64,000 nt of DNA from Raillietiella orientalis (taxonomy: Eukaryota): assembly GCA_036172245.1 (NCBI GenBank), contig JAYWIR010000021.1, forward strand, positions 558,001 to 622,000, read 5' to 3'. Below the pieces are notes generated by a model. That model was not told where the DNA came from. It saw only the letters and a list, made by a program, of their open reading frames with translations, and did no database searches. The translations under genes and the position numbers were made by a program. Below, in pieces: positions 26,521 to 39,600 of the stretch (position 1 is its first letter; each line of letters opens with the position of its first letter).

Positions 26521-29500
26521 GCATGCACCGGGATTCTGCACAACGGCAGAAGCGGCGTTTTTCTTCGTCCCTGGAAAGAAGATGAAACTGGCATCTTCCA
26601 GGGCGAGTCCAATGATGACTCCAAGGTTTCTCAGAAGAACAAAGGAGTAGGACCTCTCGTTCCTTCTGGGGAACACTTCCGAGTCTCGGGTTTCCGCCAC
26701 GGATGCAATCAGGATGTTCGTCAGAAGGCCTCAGCTCTTTGTGGGTCCCTCATCGGTAGCTGCTGCTCCCTTATGGATTCTGACACCGGATACCGCTTTT
26801 CTCCGCCAACGTATATGTGCTCCCACGGCTAAGGGAGACAGTTAAGGGGTCCGGGGAACTGCGGTCTCCAGTGTCCGTTCGAACAAACCACGGGTTTGCA
26901 CGTGGCTGCTTTCGGAGCTGCCGTCTGCCGTCAGCAGTGCAAAATCCAAAAAAGGGAGATTTCTTTCCTGTGGGCGTAGGGATTTCGGAACGCAAAGTCG
27001 GGAAGGATGGCAAACTGGGAAGGACAGATTGAATTTAGAAAAGGATGGGCGGTTAGTTTGTACAGGAAGAACGCTTCATGAATCTCAGGAGCTTCGGACG
27101 TTACAGAATCCGTACGATACAAACGGTGGTGGCATTTTGCTTCTTTTCGCGTGACATCGCTGATCGGCAGCACCCACGTAGTCCCTGGGTGCCCGTTCCA
27201 GGGGGGAAGGGCAGCTTGAAGGGTTCGTCGGTTTCCCCGTTCCTGGAAGTAGCGTCTTCCTGTGCTGCTCCTGCGGAGACCTCTACCGTGCTCCCCAGGC
27301 CGAGAAGGCCACGGAGACAACACTGAGGATGACGAGCGTCCTTCCGGGAGGTAGAGCGGGGCAGTCCCAGGGGCCTTCTGTAGTGCAGAGAACTCTTGTT
27401 GCGGGCAGACCAAAGTCCCGGGAAATAAACCCCAGGAGCCCATCCGCAGATCCCCGCACCTGCGCCTCCCGCAGTCGCGGCGGCTGCAGGTGCGTCGTCT
27501 GCAGCGCCGGAAGTGGTGATGGCAGGCGGTAGGAAAGATCGGAAGTGGAGAGCGGAAGACAGCGACCGCAGCGCGTTGCCCAGGAGAGCGCTGCCGTCCA
27601 GGAACCAAAACGCGGGTCTCCGCCTTTCGAAGACATCCTGGGGGGCCGCGATCTCCCGCATCGATGCAGTTCTAGGGCGTCGGGACGCTTGACTTCCACC
27701 TCTACAGCTGACCTGCGTCCCTGCCCCTCCCTTCTGGGCGGATGCTCAGTCAAAGAAGTCGTCGAGAGATGACCACGGGGCTGGAAGGAAACAGTGCCTG
27801 CATTCCCTGCTTTCCCGGTTCGCATGCGCGCCACGGCGAGCGCCACCGACGCGCTCCCCTTGCGGCGCGGACGCTACCGTGGAGCCCGGTTCGCGCTCCA
27901 TCGGCCTACCAGGAGCGGGAGGGAGAGCGTTCCTGGGACGCCGGGAGAGGCTGCTGCTCCGATGACGGTAAAAGATTTTCGTATTACGCCGGTTGCGAAG
28001 CGTTCACTTACAGAAAACAGACAAAAAGGAACAGGAGCTACAAAGTTCACCTTGGTACCCGTCCAGAGTCCGGGTGCTGGCCTGGGAGGAGGGACAAAGG
28101 AAAGCAAGAATAAGGGGAAAAGAGAGAGTAATCGGTCTTTGCCGGTCCTTCTGGTATCCAGACCTCGCTTGATGCGTGGGGTGACCTCCCTTGCTTTGTA
28201 GTCGCGCGGGGTCACCTCGCTCCCCTTAGCGTGGAGCAGCCAGACCTCGCGATACCGCAAAAAGATGCTGCGTGGACGCTGGCGGGGCAGCGGCAGCCAG
28301 CGAGTCCTTTAATCGGAACGAAGTCCTTGGAAACCAAAAAATTCGTCTGGATTTGAGAAAAAGCGACTCTCCTCCTCCTCCTGGCCCGGCTTCAAGGAAG
28401 CTCTCCGTAGGACGATGACGGTACGTCTTCCTGCACGAAAAACCGCGGCGCAAGAAGAGCCTCTGCTGCACGTGGAGGGAAACCTCAGTGCTGTCCAGGC
28501 GCAAGAGATGGCGACCACCAGTTTTTCCTGAGGAAAGCCACACGGAGGTTCGCCCGGTGCAGAGGGTCTTCTTGTGCCTGCGCCTCCGGATTGGCCGTGC
28601 CGGCCGTCGACAGGGCTGTCGTCCATCCGCCGAAGAATTTGGTGATCCCTGCAAGGGGATGCCAGGTGAACCCCCATCCCTCAGGCCAGCAGCCGCCATT
28701 GCTCTTCCGTAGGAAAGGCAGCGCTGCGGCCAAGAGCGTGGCAGGCGTGCAGGTCCACTGCTTCCGGTCCATCTCTGAGAGGGGTGCTCTTTCATGCATC
28801 GCTTCTGGGATTGAGGTGCCGGAAAGCGACCGGAAAACGGCCGTAGGGGTTGTACCACCAGTGCTTTTACGCCGCGAGCTCCTCCACCATCACTCTGTGG
28901 CCGAAGCCAGGCGGTAGACGGTAGGGAGAGCGCCAGAGCCATGCTGCAGCCGCTCCCAGCCACTCCGGGTTCTTGAATGCAAGAGTTCCAACCTACCGGA
29001 GGACCGGAGCGTGTAAGGGAGTTGCCACTTGTGTTCGTGGCTTCGAGGGCATCCGTGCGCTCGCCCGTGCCAGCCGTGTGATCGCCGCTCTCTTTCCCTG
29101 GGATAACTGGGCCACTCGATTGCGGGCAGGAAGTGTCCTTCTGGCGCGAGGTGCGCGTACACGTCCCGAGTGATCCGAACCGGCCGGCTCCGAAGCGCGC
29201 ATGGGTGCGAAAGCTTCCTTTTTTCCAGTCAGCCCCGCGGCAGCGAGAAGATGGCAAGCAAAAATACGCCGCGCTTCGTCCGTATCCAGGAACCCTTCGG
29301 ACCCATCCGGCTCTGGGACGGCTCGGGAGCGTCCCTCCCAGAGAGTTTTCAGAATTCATCATCGGTTGCAGCAGTGCATGGTTTGAGCCTCATTTGAAAT
29401 TGGCACCAGAACCTCCGAGATGTAGTTATTCAGGAAGAACATAGATGCCACTAAAAAAAATACGGGATGGTCAGCGGAGAACCGGAAGAAGATGCTTGCT

Positions 29501-32500
29501 TTGCAATTTTGAAAACAAATCAACCAGTCTGGCAAGAACTCCGACCCAAAACTCTTGACTTGGCACGGACCATAGCGGCTTCGTCGTGGGTTGGGCATCA
29601 GCATGGACTGTCGAATGGCGAAAGTCCGAGGAAAGGCATCGCCGCGAAAAAGTCATCAAGAGAATGCAAATTATTTTGCCTGGATGGTTTTATTGAGGAG
29701 AAATGCCTTCTAAATCTTCTTCTAACGGGCAGCAGGAAGCTGCCCGAGGAATGAGGTTTCGAGGTTCTCAACGGTGACGAAGTCCGACTGAGGTCGTCGT
29801 TGCTTGCGGCTTCTTGCTGGCGCCTCCCGATGTGTAGGACTGTTTTCTGTGCTGCAAACTCGTGATTGAGAGCAACCGTCTCTTGGCCCTGAGGCACTTC
29901 TGATCCAGTCCTGCTCCATCGGAGAGCGCGTTCAGAGCTGCATGCCGTCTCTTCCCCACGCCCCAGGACTGCACGAATCCTTTGAATGGTCTGGGAAGTC
30001 GAAGGATTTTGTCGAAGAATCCTTCGAATCGAGCATAAGGAGTACAGAATCCTCCCAACAGCTCAGCATCTGCAGCCTTCTTTTGAGTGGAGCACCTCCT
30101 TCGACGAGGAAGGATCCGTAAAGCTCGAGTCTTCCACTCGCCGTTCGAGCTCTGTCAGAAACCCTCGAACCCTTCACCGAGAGGCATCCGATTGCTCCAC
30201 CGCACAAGAGCGGACTCGCTGGTTCCTCGCGAAGACTTCGACGAGGTTTCGGCAGCACCCGAGAGTTGGCTTGCGTGCAGAGAAACCCGCGGATCCCCGT
30301 TTGCCGTCCAGGATCCCTGCTTCCCTATGCTACTACCGCGTAACGGGAATTTCGGTCCGCTTTCTTCCGGCACCACGACTGGAACCGGGAAGGCAACCGG
30401 CGAGCAGGGAGGTGTACTTCACGACCTTCGGCCGACCTTTGAGATCGTTTGCGGATCTAAAGGTGCACTCAGGAGGCGTCCGAAATTCGCCCCGCAGCTT
30501 CGTCCGTGAGATGCGGCGTCTTCCCCTGCCTCTTGGCGCTGACTCTCCGGTCGCGCGATCCGCGGGCGTCAAGCCTCGGTCCACCACCGGAAGCCAAAAA
30601 TCCTCTTTGTCTTCCGGTGTCAACGAACGGGAATCCTCACTCGATGAGATTCCAGAAATCGTTTTTCCATGTTGCAGGATAACCCTGGATGGGGGGATTC
30701 CCATCTGGAGTATCCCCCAATGCCCGACGTGATCTTCTGATTTCTCCTGCTAGGCTTTCTTTCTCGGAAGATGCCCGCATCTCGTGCGACCGAGTGTTCC
30801 TCCCTGGACGCGTCGTTCCCTCTCTTCCTCTCCTCGCTCTTATCTGCCATGTCTGGCGTACCAAAATGGGTACTGCGTCGTCTTCCGGTTCGAGGTCATT
30901 GTGGCCCTCGGCCTTCGCAGTTCCAGCGAAGAAGAGCTGCTGCAAGGCATCGAGGCATGCGTCTGGGAGCGGCGTGTGTAGTAGCAGGGTGGACGCTCTC
31001 TCGAGCTGCAGGCACGCACGTACGCGCGCGCGCGCGTGTCCCACGGTCAGAGAGGGGCACTTTTGTGAGCTTCAACGCGCTAGAGCTTCGACCGAGCAGT
31101 CGGCTCGTTCTTAAGAGGCGGTGCCTCTTAAGGCACGGAAGGCGCGACAGGATGCGTGTCGCGAGCTGCTTCCTCGCTTGCCGGCCCTTGGAGCCGCCTC
31201 GACCACTTCCTCTTCGGCGTCCTCCTTGGTAAACACCTCGGTTTCAAGCCAAGCGCGGCGCTTTCCAGACTGCCTGCGGCTCTAGTGCTTTGAATAACAA
31301 TAATGGGGGAGGGACTGCTAGGAGGGGCTCTCGGATTGTTCCTGTGTGGAAAATGAATCGTGCCACGCGTTTCCTGCGCGAAGGATCCCCTAGGTGAACC
31401 ACAGTGGATCGAAACGTCCATTTTCTCAGCTGCAGATTCTCACCTCGAGTTCTTACCTCGAGCGAATTCTTGGACCCGCGCGTGGAGATGGCGAATCCAT
31501 CCGCGTCAACCCACTAGGGGAGGCCGAGGCATTGCGCGCGGTCCTTCGCCACGAGTGGAAGGGAGAGCGCCTCCTCGGTTTCAGGGGGTGAGAAAGCAGC
31601 GCGACCCAGGCAACGCACGAGCTCGGAGCGCACAACCGCTGTTGCTCGGGAACTGTAGCCCGGTTTTCGGCCTTCAGCACGGGAATGCACGCACCCTGAC
31701 GACGGCTGCTGCCGTCTCCAGGGTACGTCTCCGTGTTCACCGTGTGCTTGCAGCAGCTGGTCACGGAGACGCTCCGCGGTGCCGCAGGCGCTTCGTTGAC
31801 ACCTCGTCCTCCCCGGGGCCCACGGATGCAGTTGGATGCTTCCGGTGAATCCCCCGCTAGGGAACTCCCCGAAGACATTTTGCTGGTCCGCCGCCACCTC
31901 GGCTGCAGCCCTTGGTCGCGAGAAGACCCGAACTCCCTTCCGAACTCCGGGATGGTCAGCCGGACCGGAGCCTGGAAGGGAACGCAGGAAGGAGGGGTCG
32001 ACCCGCATTTTCCTCCGAGAAAAGCGGCTCTCTGGTTGCGAAGGAAGAGGGGGGGGGAAGCAGCGGAAGAAGACAAGGATGGAAACTTCATATTCCGTCG
32101 CGAAGATGCCAAGGCACCGGTGGGAATGATGTTCCTCCCTCTATCGATTCCTTGAGGATGCAGCTGCTCGCTTTGCATGATTCGTGGAAACACCCCGGGG
32201 CACGATGGCGAAGGGAAGGGCTAGTGGCGGTGGCGGCGGTGGAATGGAGTCTCCCCCTCCTCCCCCCGTTGAGGGAAGTCATTCTTCCCTCCTCCTTGGG
32301 CCTGCGTTCCTGAGGGCGAATTTCCGGTCCCGCCTTCCCATGCTGCCCCGCCATTCGCCAGCGAAAACTCCTCGACGCAACCGCCTGCGGCGCCACGCGA
32401 GCGGAGGCCGCGGCGAAAGATTTTTCCCGCATCCTCTCGTTCCCGGTGTTCGTCCCGATGACGGCCTTTGCAGCGCGGTCCTGGAGACGGCGGTGGCGGC

Positions 32501-33776
32501 AAGGCGCCTTGACGACGACGACAAACGGTCACATGACCCGATGACGGTCCCGCTGGCTGCGAATGCGCAGACCCCGTCGGAAGCGGCGCGGGCTCCCCTG
32601 GTCGCGCCCACTGAGAGTTGTTGCTCTGGCGCCCCCCTCTCACGCGGCGGAGGCATGCGTGGTACGACAGACGTCTCGTCGCACGCTGCTCGACGCGAGC
32701 GCCACACTGACGGGCCCACGAAACAGCCGTCGTACGTAACGCGTGTGCCGTCGTCCCCGGGCACGCGATCAGGGGAGGGGAGGTCCTTTTCTTGGTTCGG
32801 GAACAATCCGAAAAGTGTGGCAAAATAGAACGCGGTGACTGCACGCGCTCGCGTGTGTGTTCCAGGCGGTCGTTTGGTATGCACGCCGTCGCGGGCACCC
32901 GACGTTGTGTGCCGCGCCGACGGTCACTCCCAGCTCCATCCTGTGGGCGGTGGGAGCGTAGCTGGCGCTTTCGCGTCTGCATCGGTTCACTGAGGTGGCG
33001 GAACGCCTGTAAGAAGCGGCGTCGACATCTTCGAACGGGGGCGGGCGGGTGCGCGCGCGTCCCGAAAGAAAGAAAGGAACCAAAACCAAAGAAGGGCGCT
33101 TTGCGAAAAGAGAATTCCCCATCCTCGAAAAAAAGGAGCCAGGTCCTTCCTCCTCTTCCCTGCTTTTGCCCGGTTTCTGGCTGGCAGGATGCCCCCCCTC
33201 GCCTCCGATCCAGGTTGCATCCCTCAAGAGGAGAAGGGCGGTCGTACGAAGGAGGCGGCTCTGGAGTGCGTGCCGAGGTGCTCCTGCGCGCACCTCGATG
33301 CCGTAAATCCGGGAACGGAGTGAGTCGCTGGCCAGCATTAGAAGAATTCCGGGAAGGGATATGGCATCCAAGGAGCGCCACAAATCGCAAAATTTGCTCG
33401 GCCCAGTCGACTATCGATCCACGCACCGGATCATCTTTCCTCGGAGGACCGAGGACGCTTTCCGAGGAAGTCCTGATTGCGCCAGGAGGAATCTGCCTTA
33501 TTGGTCTTCTCGGAACGCAGAAATCCAAAGGGATGACTGCAGCAGACGAGGGGGAGAGGAAAGATCGTCCGTGCGAAAGGGAAGGGGAGCGGAAGTCAGC
33601 GACGCGCGAGCGCTGCATCCACCCGCGCCGATCCTGGCCGCGGAGGGACCAAGGCAGTGGCTCGAAGGCCTCCCACCACTAGGAAAAAAAGGCATCATTC
33701 GGCGGGCAAGAGTTGCCGCGCGTTGGCGATGCTCTGGGAGGCGACGCAAGGAGTCACCTTTCCTCTCCTCTTCCAG

Positions 33777-34011
33777 AACCTCCTGCACACGATCCCGCCC
33801 TTGCCAGAGTACAAGACGGTTTCCATCAAGGAGTCCCGGTTCGTGCTGTCGCACTACGGGGTGTTCAAGACTTGCTGGGACTGGCTCATCCTCATGGCCA
33901 CCTTCTACGTCGCCGTGGTCGTTCCATACAACGCAGCCTTCGTGATACGAGACAGCAACGAGCGGCACACGATGGTCAGCGATGTGGTCGTCGAGGCACT
34001 CTTCATCTTCG
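33777..34011 (+). CDS. Elk: Elk exon (probable exon 5), S1-S2
   Basis: ttccag|AAC CTC...TTC G|gtgag; encodes LPEYKTVSIKESRFVLSHYGVFKTCWDWLILMATFYVAVVVPYNAAF...SDVVVEALFIF; 235 nt, phase 0 to 1. Confidence 0.95.
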
Positions 34012-36199
34012 GTGAGCACCCATCCTTCCATCCTCCTCCTCCTCCTCTTTCTTTGCTTCTTTGTCTGTTTTGCCTCGGCGTTTGAGCCGGACGTTTCGGA
34101 GCGCTCGCTCGCGCGCGTGCCCTCCATTCCCCGCTCCCCGGGAAACGAGACGCCAAGGTCACTTCCCTTTCGATGACGCGAAGCGCCTGATCGCCTCGCC
34201 TCTGGAAGGAACGGGGGCATGGAAAAATGGGACGGTTAGGTCGGGAGGAGGCTTCTCGAAAGGTGTCGCTTGCTCGCGTGCGATCACAAGAGCCATCGAA
34301 GAGCGAATTTCAGCAAACCGGATGGTCAGGTCTCCGTCGGGCGCACGCGAACTGCTCGTGTGAGGCAAGGCACCTCCTGGAGCCTTCCAGAGCGGAACCG
34401 CTCGCCGATGCAGGCAGAAAGAGCTCGTGACCGATGCCTGAGGGTTTTCGTCTCCGTTCCTTACCAGTTCTCTACCGGGGAGAGAGACCCACCCACCCCG
34501 ACCTGCTTACTAGGTCATTTGTGCGAAGCATCTTTTGAGGAGGACGGCTTTGCCTTCCGACGAATTCCCGCAGGCTATCCGCACCAGTGGAGGAGCAACA
34601 AGTCTCCTTCTTTTTGTTGAAACTCTAAGCTTCCTCTTTCCCGCATCCCAAGTCTGGAGCGAATCGAGCTACTGAAACGTCGCCAGTGCTCACCCAGGTG
34701 CGAATCAAACTGGCACTCGCTGGGTTGGGGAAGTAGCAGCAGCTGTTTCCCTGGCACCGAAGAAGATGTCTTCAGTGTAAGTTCGAAGACATTGCGGTGC
34801 CTTTCATGCCGATGTCTTTCTGCCTTCTCTTCCCCCCTCCCTTTTTTCTCCCTTCTTTCCCCAACGAGTGGAAGCGTCTCGTAAGATGGGGACTGGCGAG
34901 TTCTTGAGAGAGAATGGGAGTCGCTTTGTGGTTCGCAAGCGGGGTAGTCCGGAAAGCCCGGTTTTGTGCGCAGACAGAGGAAACGCTGCAGAGAGATGAA
35001 AGGTCTTCCCCATCCGGTTCCTTCCTCAAGAAGGAACGGAACCTCCTGAGGAAAAGAATTCCCTAGCAGGAAGCATTCGAAGGAAGCGATGGTCTCTCTT
35101 TCGATGAGGAGAGCTGGAAGTGCCGGCGGTCATGGACAGAACGCCTCTGCAAAGGAAAGACAAGGAAGCTACCCGGAAGCCACGCTGTCCTTCCGCTGCA
35201 CACCAAACGTCAGCTCTTCATAGAGAGGCGGAAAACCAGGAAGCGCACATTCGTTTCTTGGAATAGTTTGCCGAGTATCCACGGTGATCCGGGATGATTC
35301 CTCTGGATGACCCGAAAAGCCTCCGATTCCCACTCTTTTGGGGGTGGATCAAGGCGGCGTTGGGGTGGCACCTGATGATGTCGGAAACGCCACTTCAGGT
35401 GCTCTTCCTCGAGCCACCAGTACTGTTGCGCGCGCTTTGTCTGGGACATTCAGGGTCTCCGCTTCTCTTCCAAAGTGGACCGAAGCGGCCGACACGCTTC
35501 GGAAAGAGGAGGTTCCAGCCAGCATAATTCAGCCACCGCCCTATTTGCTCCTTTCGAAGGTCCATGTGGTTAAGGTGGCGGAGAGACGGAGGTGGTCCTG
35601 TTGGACGAGAGGTCTCTGGAATCGAGAACCTGAGAAAGGAAAAGGAAGGTCAAGACCGCGCTTATGGAGATGTTTTAATAAGATTTCCGGGGGCACACAG
35701 CGCAACCGCAACCGCAAGAATAGCCTTGAAGCTCTTCGGATGAAATTCCACCTTGCGGAAGGCTGAGAGCGACCCCTTGCCCTGCCCCGAGGCAGTAGTA
35801 GTCTTAAATTTTGCGAATGGGTGGTTCGGAGGTTAAGGGAACCTCCTGAACCGACGTGATCCCGTGAATCACGAGAGAGCGCCGAACGGCCCTCACGAGC
35901 TTATTACAGGGGAGAAAGGCACGTGGTGGGTCAGCGCCACCGGTCTCCGTGTATTCTCTCCCGTCGCTCCTTCTCGACTGCTTAGAAGTCTTTCGTTAAC
36001 CGCAGTCAGCAAGCATCGTGGTGGCGGCGGCGATGCCTCTCGACTGACCTCCGACTGACTGTGAGGCCTTGCCTAAAAGCAGATGTCGCTTCCTGCTCGA
36101 GACCCTCTCTCAGCCCGAATAGAAATAGGAATAGCTGACCTTGCAGTTCCACTTCTTTCGCTGTCCCGTCAGACGAGGGCACCAGGAGTGAAACCTGAA

Positions 36200-39100
36200 G
36201 ACCGACTATCCTCCCAAACAGTGGTTCTTTGCGCGCAGCCTGCCAGAATCCCTGAGAAATGCTGGAAGGGTTCGCCTTCTTGGACTTCAAGTGAGAAAGG
36301 GACGCGGCGGGCGGCGGTGCGCTGCAAAGTGCGCCTGTAGGACGGAGAGCGCTCTGTCGACCAGTTGATCGGCCTGCGTTCCTTCTTGCCCATTCCGAAT
36401 GACCAGCTGCAGAGGCGAGTCCGCAGGGAAGACACGGGTGCGCGGAGACACCTTGCTTTGCCCTCTTCGAACACATCTCGGCTAAAAAATGGGAACCAGC
36501 AGCACGTGCTGGAAGGCCTTGCACGTTTCGAGGGTTTGCTCCAACGGCCTCCAGCGCTGCCACCAGCACGTTCCTGATACAACGAACTTAGAGAAGCGGA
36601 AGCCGCAATACCCTCTTTGACCCAAGGTGGAGTTTCGTTTTTCGCTTCTTAAAGCGAAAGCGCATTTCCCTCGAGCTATGCAGTCCGGCTTCAAGAAGGG
36701 CCGCTGGTGTTAATACGACTCTCCTCACTTGTGGGACCGGCGGAGGATGCAGAAGTGATTCCTGGGTCACACGGTCTCCTTCCACGTGCACCTGCATGTC
36801 GATACATCCGAACTTGCATCCCCAGGGATCCTCCTGGGGATTCCACCGGGGATGGAACACTTTCCAAGCACTCTTCGCATCTCCGAGTTCACGCGGCTTC
36901 CACTCTCGGGATCGCACGCTGCTGCGCCGATTCTGGTGTTTCTTGCGAACTCTTTAGCTGCAGCTCTCAGACATCGATCGGGTCCCGCAGGCGAAGGAAC
37001 CGATATTCAGGGACTTTTCGCCTTCTTCTCTCGCACTGTCGTCCCTGTCTTCCCTCTGGATCCAGGGAAACATTCCGAGATGACGGATGCAGCATTTTGT
37101 TCATCCTTTTTGGAGTCTTATCTTTGCAGCTGAAGGTGAGAGTTGTGGAGTCAAAAGAGGAGATTTCTTTTATCCCTTCCTCTTCCGACAACTCTCTTGT
37201 CTGCTCTCCGAGATGCCCCCAGGGCGCGCCGAGGACCAAGGTCAAATGTCCTGAGGAATTTGCATCTGCCGAGATGCAACGATGGCAATGGCCACGTATT
37301 ATTTTCCAGTCAGTCGTTTCTTCTCCCCGTTCCTGAGGTGCTGCCTTACAGCATCCTCCTTACAGTTTCTCCCACTCTGCATCCGGGTCTTGAACTCGTG
37401 CCGCTGCGTAGCGAGCATGGGAGCCGGGAACCACGACCAAGATGCTCGCCACGAACGACTGACGAACACCAGCGAAAGGATTTTCCTCTCGGGAAGCAAC
37501 GGCATCTGAGCGTCTCGACCCTTGTCGCCGCGCGGTTGCTCTCGACAGCTGCTTCGCCTTGCGGAGGCTTTTGAATTCCTCTCAATCTGGACCTTCGCCC
37601 TCCAATGGATAATCCCAGATGCGAGCATCCTCCCGCGACACAGCCGTCGTTCTATCCGGTTTCGGACATTCCCGTTTCCATTCCCATGAATTCTGGAAGA
37701 ACTTATGGTAGGAAAATGCGAAATGGCAGGATGGTTGCGTCATACTCTGGTAGTTCTGGGTTTGGTGCACACGCGGCTTGCATCTCGCGATGAAAGGGAG
37801 TGCATGGCACGCATGCGCGTGCAGCTGCAGAATGCTCTCACGTGGATTCGAGAAGTCATCCGGTGCCACAGACCAATCAATTTCTTCAGCAAGTGAAAGT
37901 GATCGCTGGCTCGTGTGCCCCGTTCTGGAGCGTTCGAGGTGGAACAAAACGAGGAGAGCGGACAGAAAAAGATGAACTCTGAAGAAAACGGATGACTCCC
38001 TTTAGCAGATCAGGCGAGACTCTTCCTCTGACTCAGCACATGATGCCCGATTCCTGCAACTGCAAGAAAGCTGGGGAGCCGTTTGCGACAGCCTCCGACA
38101 CGCAAGCGAGGCGGTCGCAGCACCCCTCCAGCGAATATGACCGGAGCTGCAAGGCACGCTGCTCACGAGGATCCAAGCGGGTGTTGGTGGTTCTTGGAGA
38201 CCGGCAGCCTCTTGAGGGAAAGCGCGGAGAGAGCGGAAGGCAGAGAAGACGATTCAGCCGAAATCTCATCTTTTCTTTCGAAGATCCTCCTCGTTCCCTC
38301 TGGGAAAGACTCAGAGCTTTCCCTTTGCTCCTCTTCGTTTGATGCGTTCTGGTTCAACCGCATAGGACACACAGCAGCGAGCGAGCGGGGAGTCCCCTTG
38401 GAGCTCACCAGCGCGCCGTTGCGCCCTTGAAAAATTCCGCGTTTACAGTGGCAGCAGCAGCAGCGCGGCATCAGAGGAATCCACAGGAACCATCAACTCA
38501 GTGAAGAGGCGCATCAGGGTGTTCGCCTTCCGCTTGACATCACACTGAACCGAGACGGAACCATCGCTCTCCAGAGGAACCGTCCGTAGGCTGCCATGCA
38601 CACACCTGCGATACGAACCGGATGCGGTCCGTGGTCGATCGATCACATGCGATTGCGAACAGAGAGAGCACACTCAGAGGGAGACGGTGGTTTCCACCAC
38701 ATAAGCCTCCGGAATCGAGGATCCTTGGAAGGGGAAAGGAGGAAAGTAAGATCGCGCCTAGCAAGATGTTTTCGATGAGCGCCTTCAGGTCACCCAGCGT
38801 GACCCCAACCACAAGACCAAAAAAACTGAAGATCCCTTGGATGGAACTCTGTCTTGCAGGAGCCTGAGGGTGGAGTGGAAAGAGCAGACTCCTTCTGCCC
38901 CCTCTCCCTTCCAACAAACTCTCCTGCCTGCTCCCCGGGTCGGATTTTGCTCCTGGGTTGCACTGACTGCCGGACGCGCACGGTTTCCTGATGAGGACTG
39001 ATGAGGGAATTCGTGTCTGCTGAGACTCTTTGAGCTGCCTCGGCAACATCCCAAGGAACCACAGAGTCGTCCTCAGACGCCCCCCCGCGAAGCCCAAGCG

Positions 39101-39600
39101 CCTAGGGTTGGTGAAAGAGGTGAACTGCGCTCGCCGATGAATCTGGGCGCGTGCAGCACCTCGACCTGCGCGCTTCCGCCTTGCTTCGCCACAGGGGGGC
39201 CGCCGCCACAGTCGAAATCCCATTGGATCCGCCCTGAACACCGGGCACCCCCGTTACTCTGACAACGGCCGTCCGCTTCCTCCTGTGGAATCGTGTAGGA
39301 TCGAAACGTCTCCGCGAGTCGCGTCTCGCTCGCGGCCAGACACGAGAACCCAAGTGCGCGCGGAAGGCGCGGGGTGGTTGCGCGCCACACCGAGCCACCT
39401 CGATGACGTGACCGTAGACAGCAGACGAACACGGACATGCCGTCGCTGCCCTCGAACGAGTTTCGGGGCGGTGGGCAGCGGGCTGCCTGAAAGCGGGCAC
39501 AGCCCTGGAGACTCTCGCCACGCGCATCGCCATACCGAGCTGCCGGAGCAAACGAGGATCTACAGAGACTGTGCCATTTTCTGGAGAGGTTTCGTCCCCG
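36200..39600 (-). mobile_element. Degenerate, interrupted R2-superfamily non-LTR retrotransposon (RT and REL relics)
   Basis: Minus-strand motifs in the right order: GVQG/DPM (~39230), EDDSVV (YADD-like, ~39070), GSQCNPGAKS, FSFFGL, PWI...NI..CGTR (~37000), TPAALLKPDCIAR (REL PD motif, ~36690). Confidence 0.4.

Noticed and set aside
29900..30720. Crypton/DUF3504-like tyrosine recombinase relic (minus strand, SLTPEDKEDFW...LRG)
   Set aside because: Only a vague resemblance; no catalytic H-x-x-R or Y motifs recognisable.
32221..33682. Long overlapping ORFs (465 aa minus, 296 aa plus) and similar long ORFs at 39285, 48845, 50323, 52502
   Set aside because: Arg/Pro/Gly/Ser-rich with no recognisable domains; expected by chance in GC-rich intron DNA or antisense to exons.
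35823..35852. Hairpin GGTTCGGAGGTT...AACCTCCTGAACC as a terminator
   Set aside because: Eukaryotic intron context and no U-tract; more likely a small repeat remnant.
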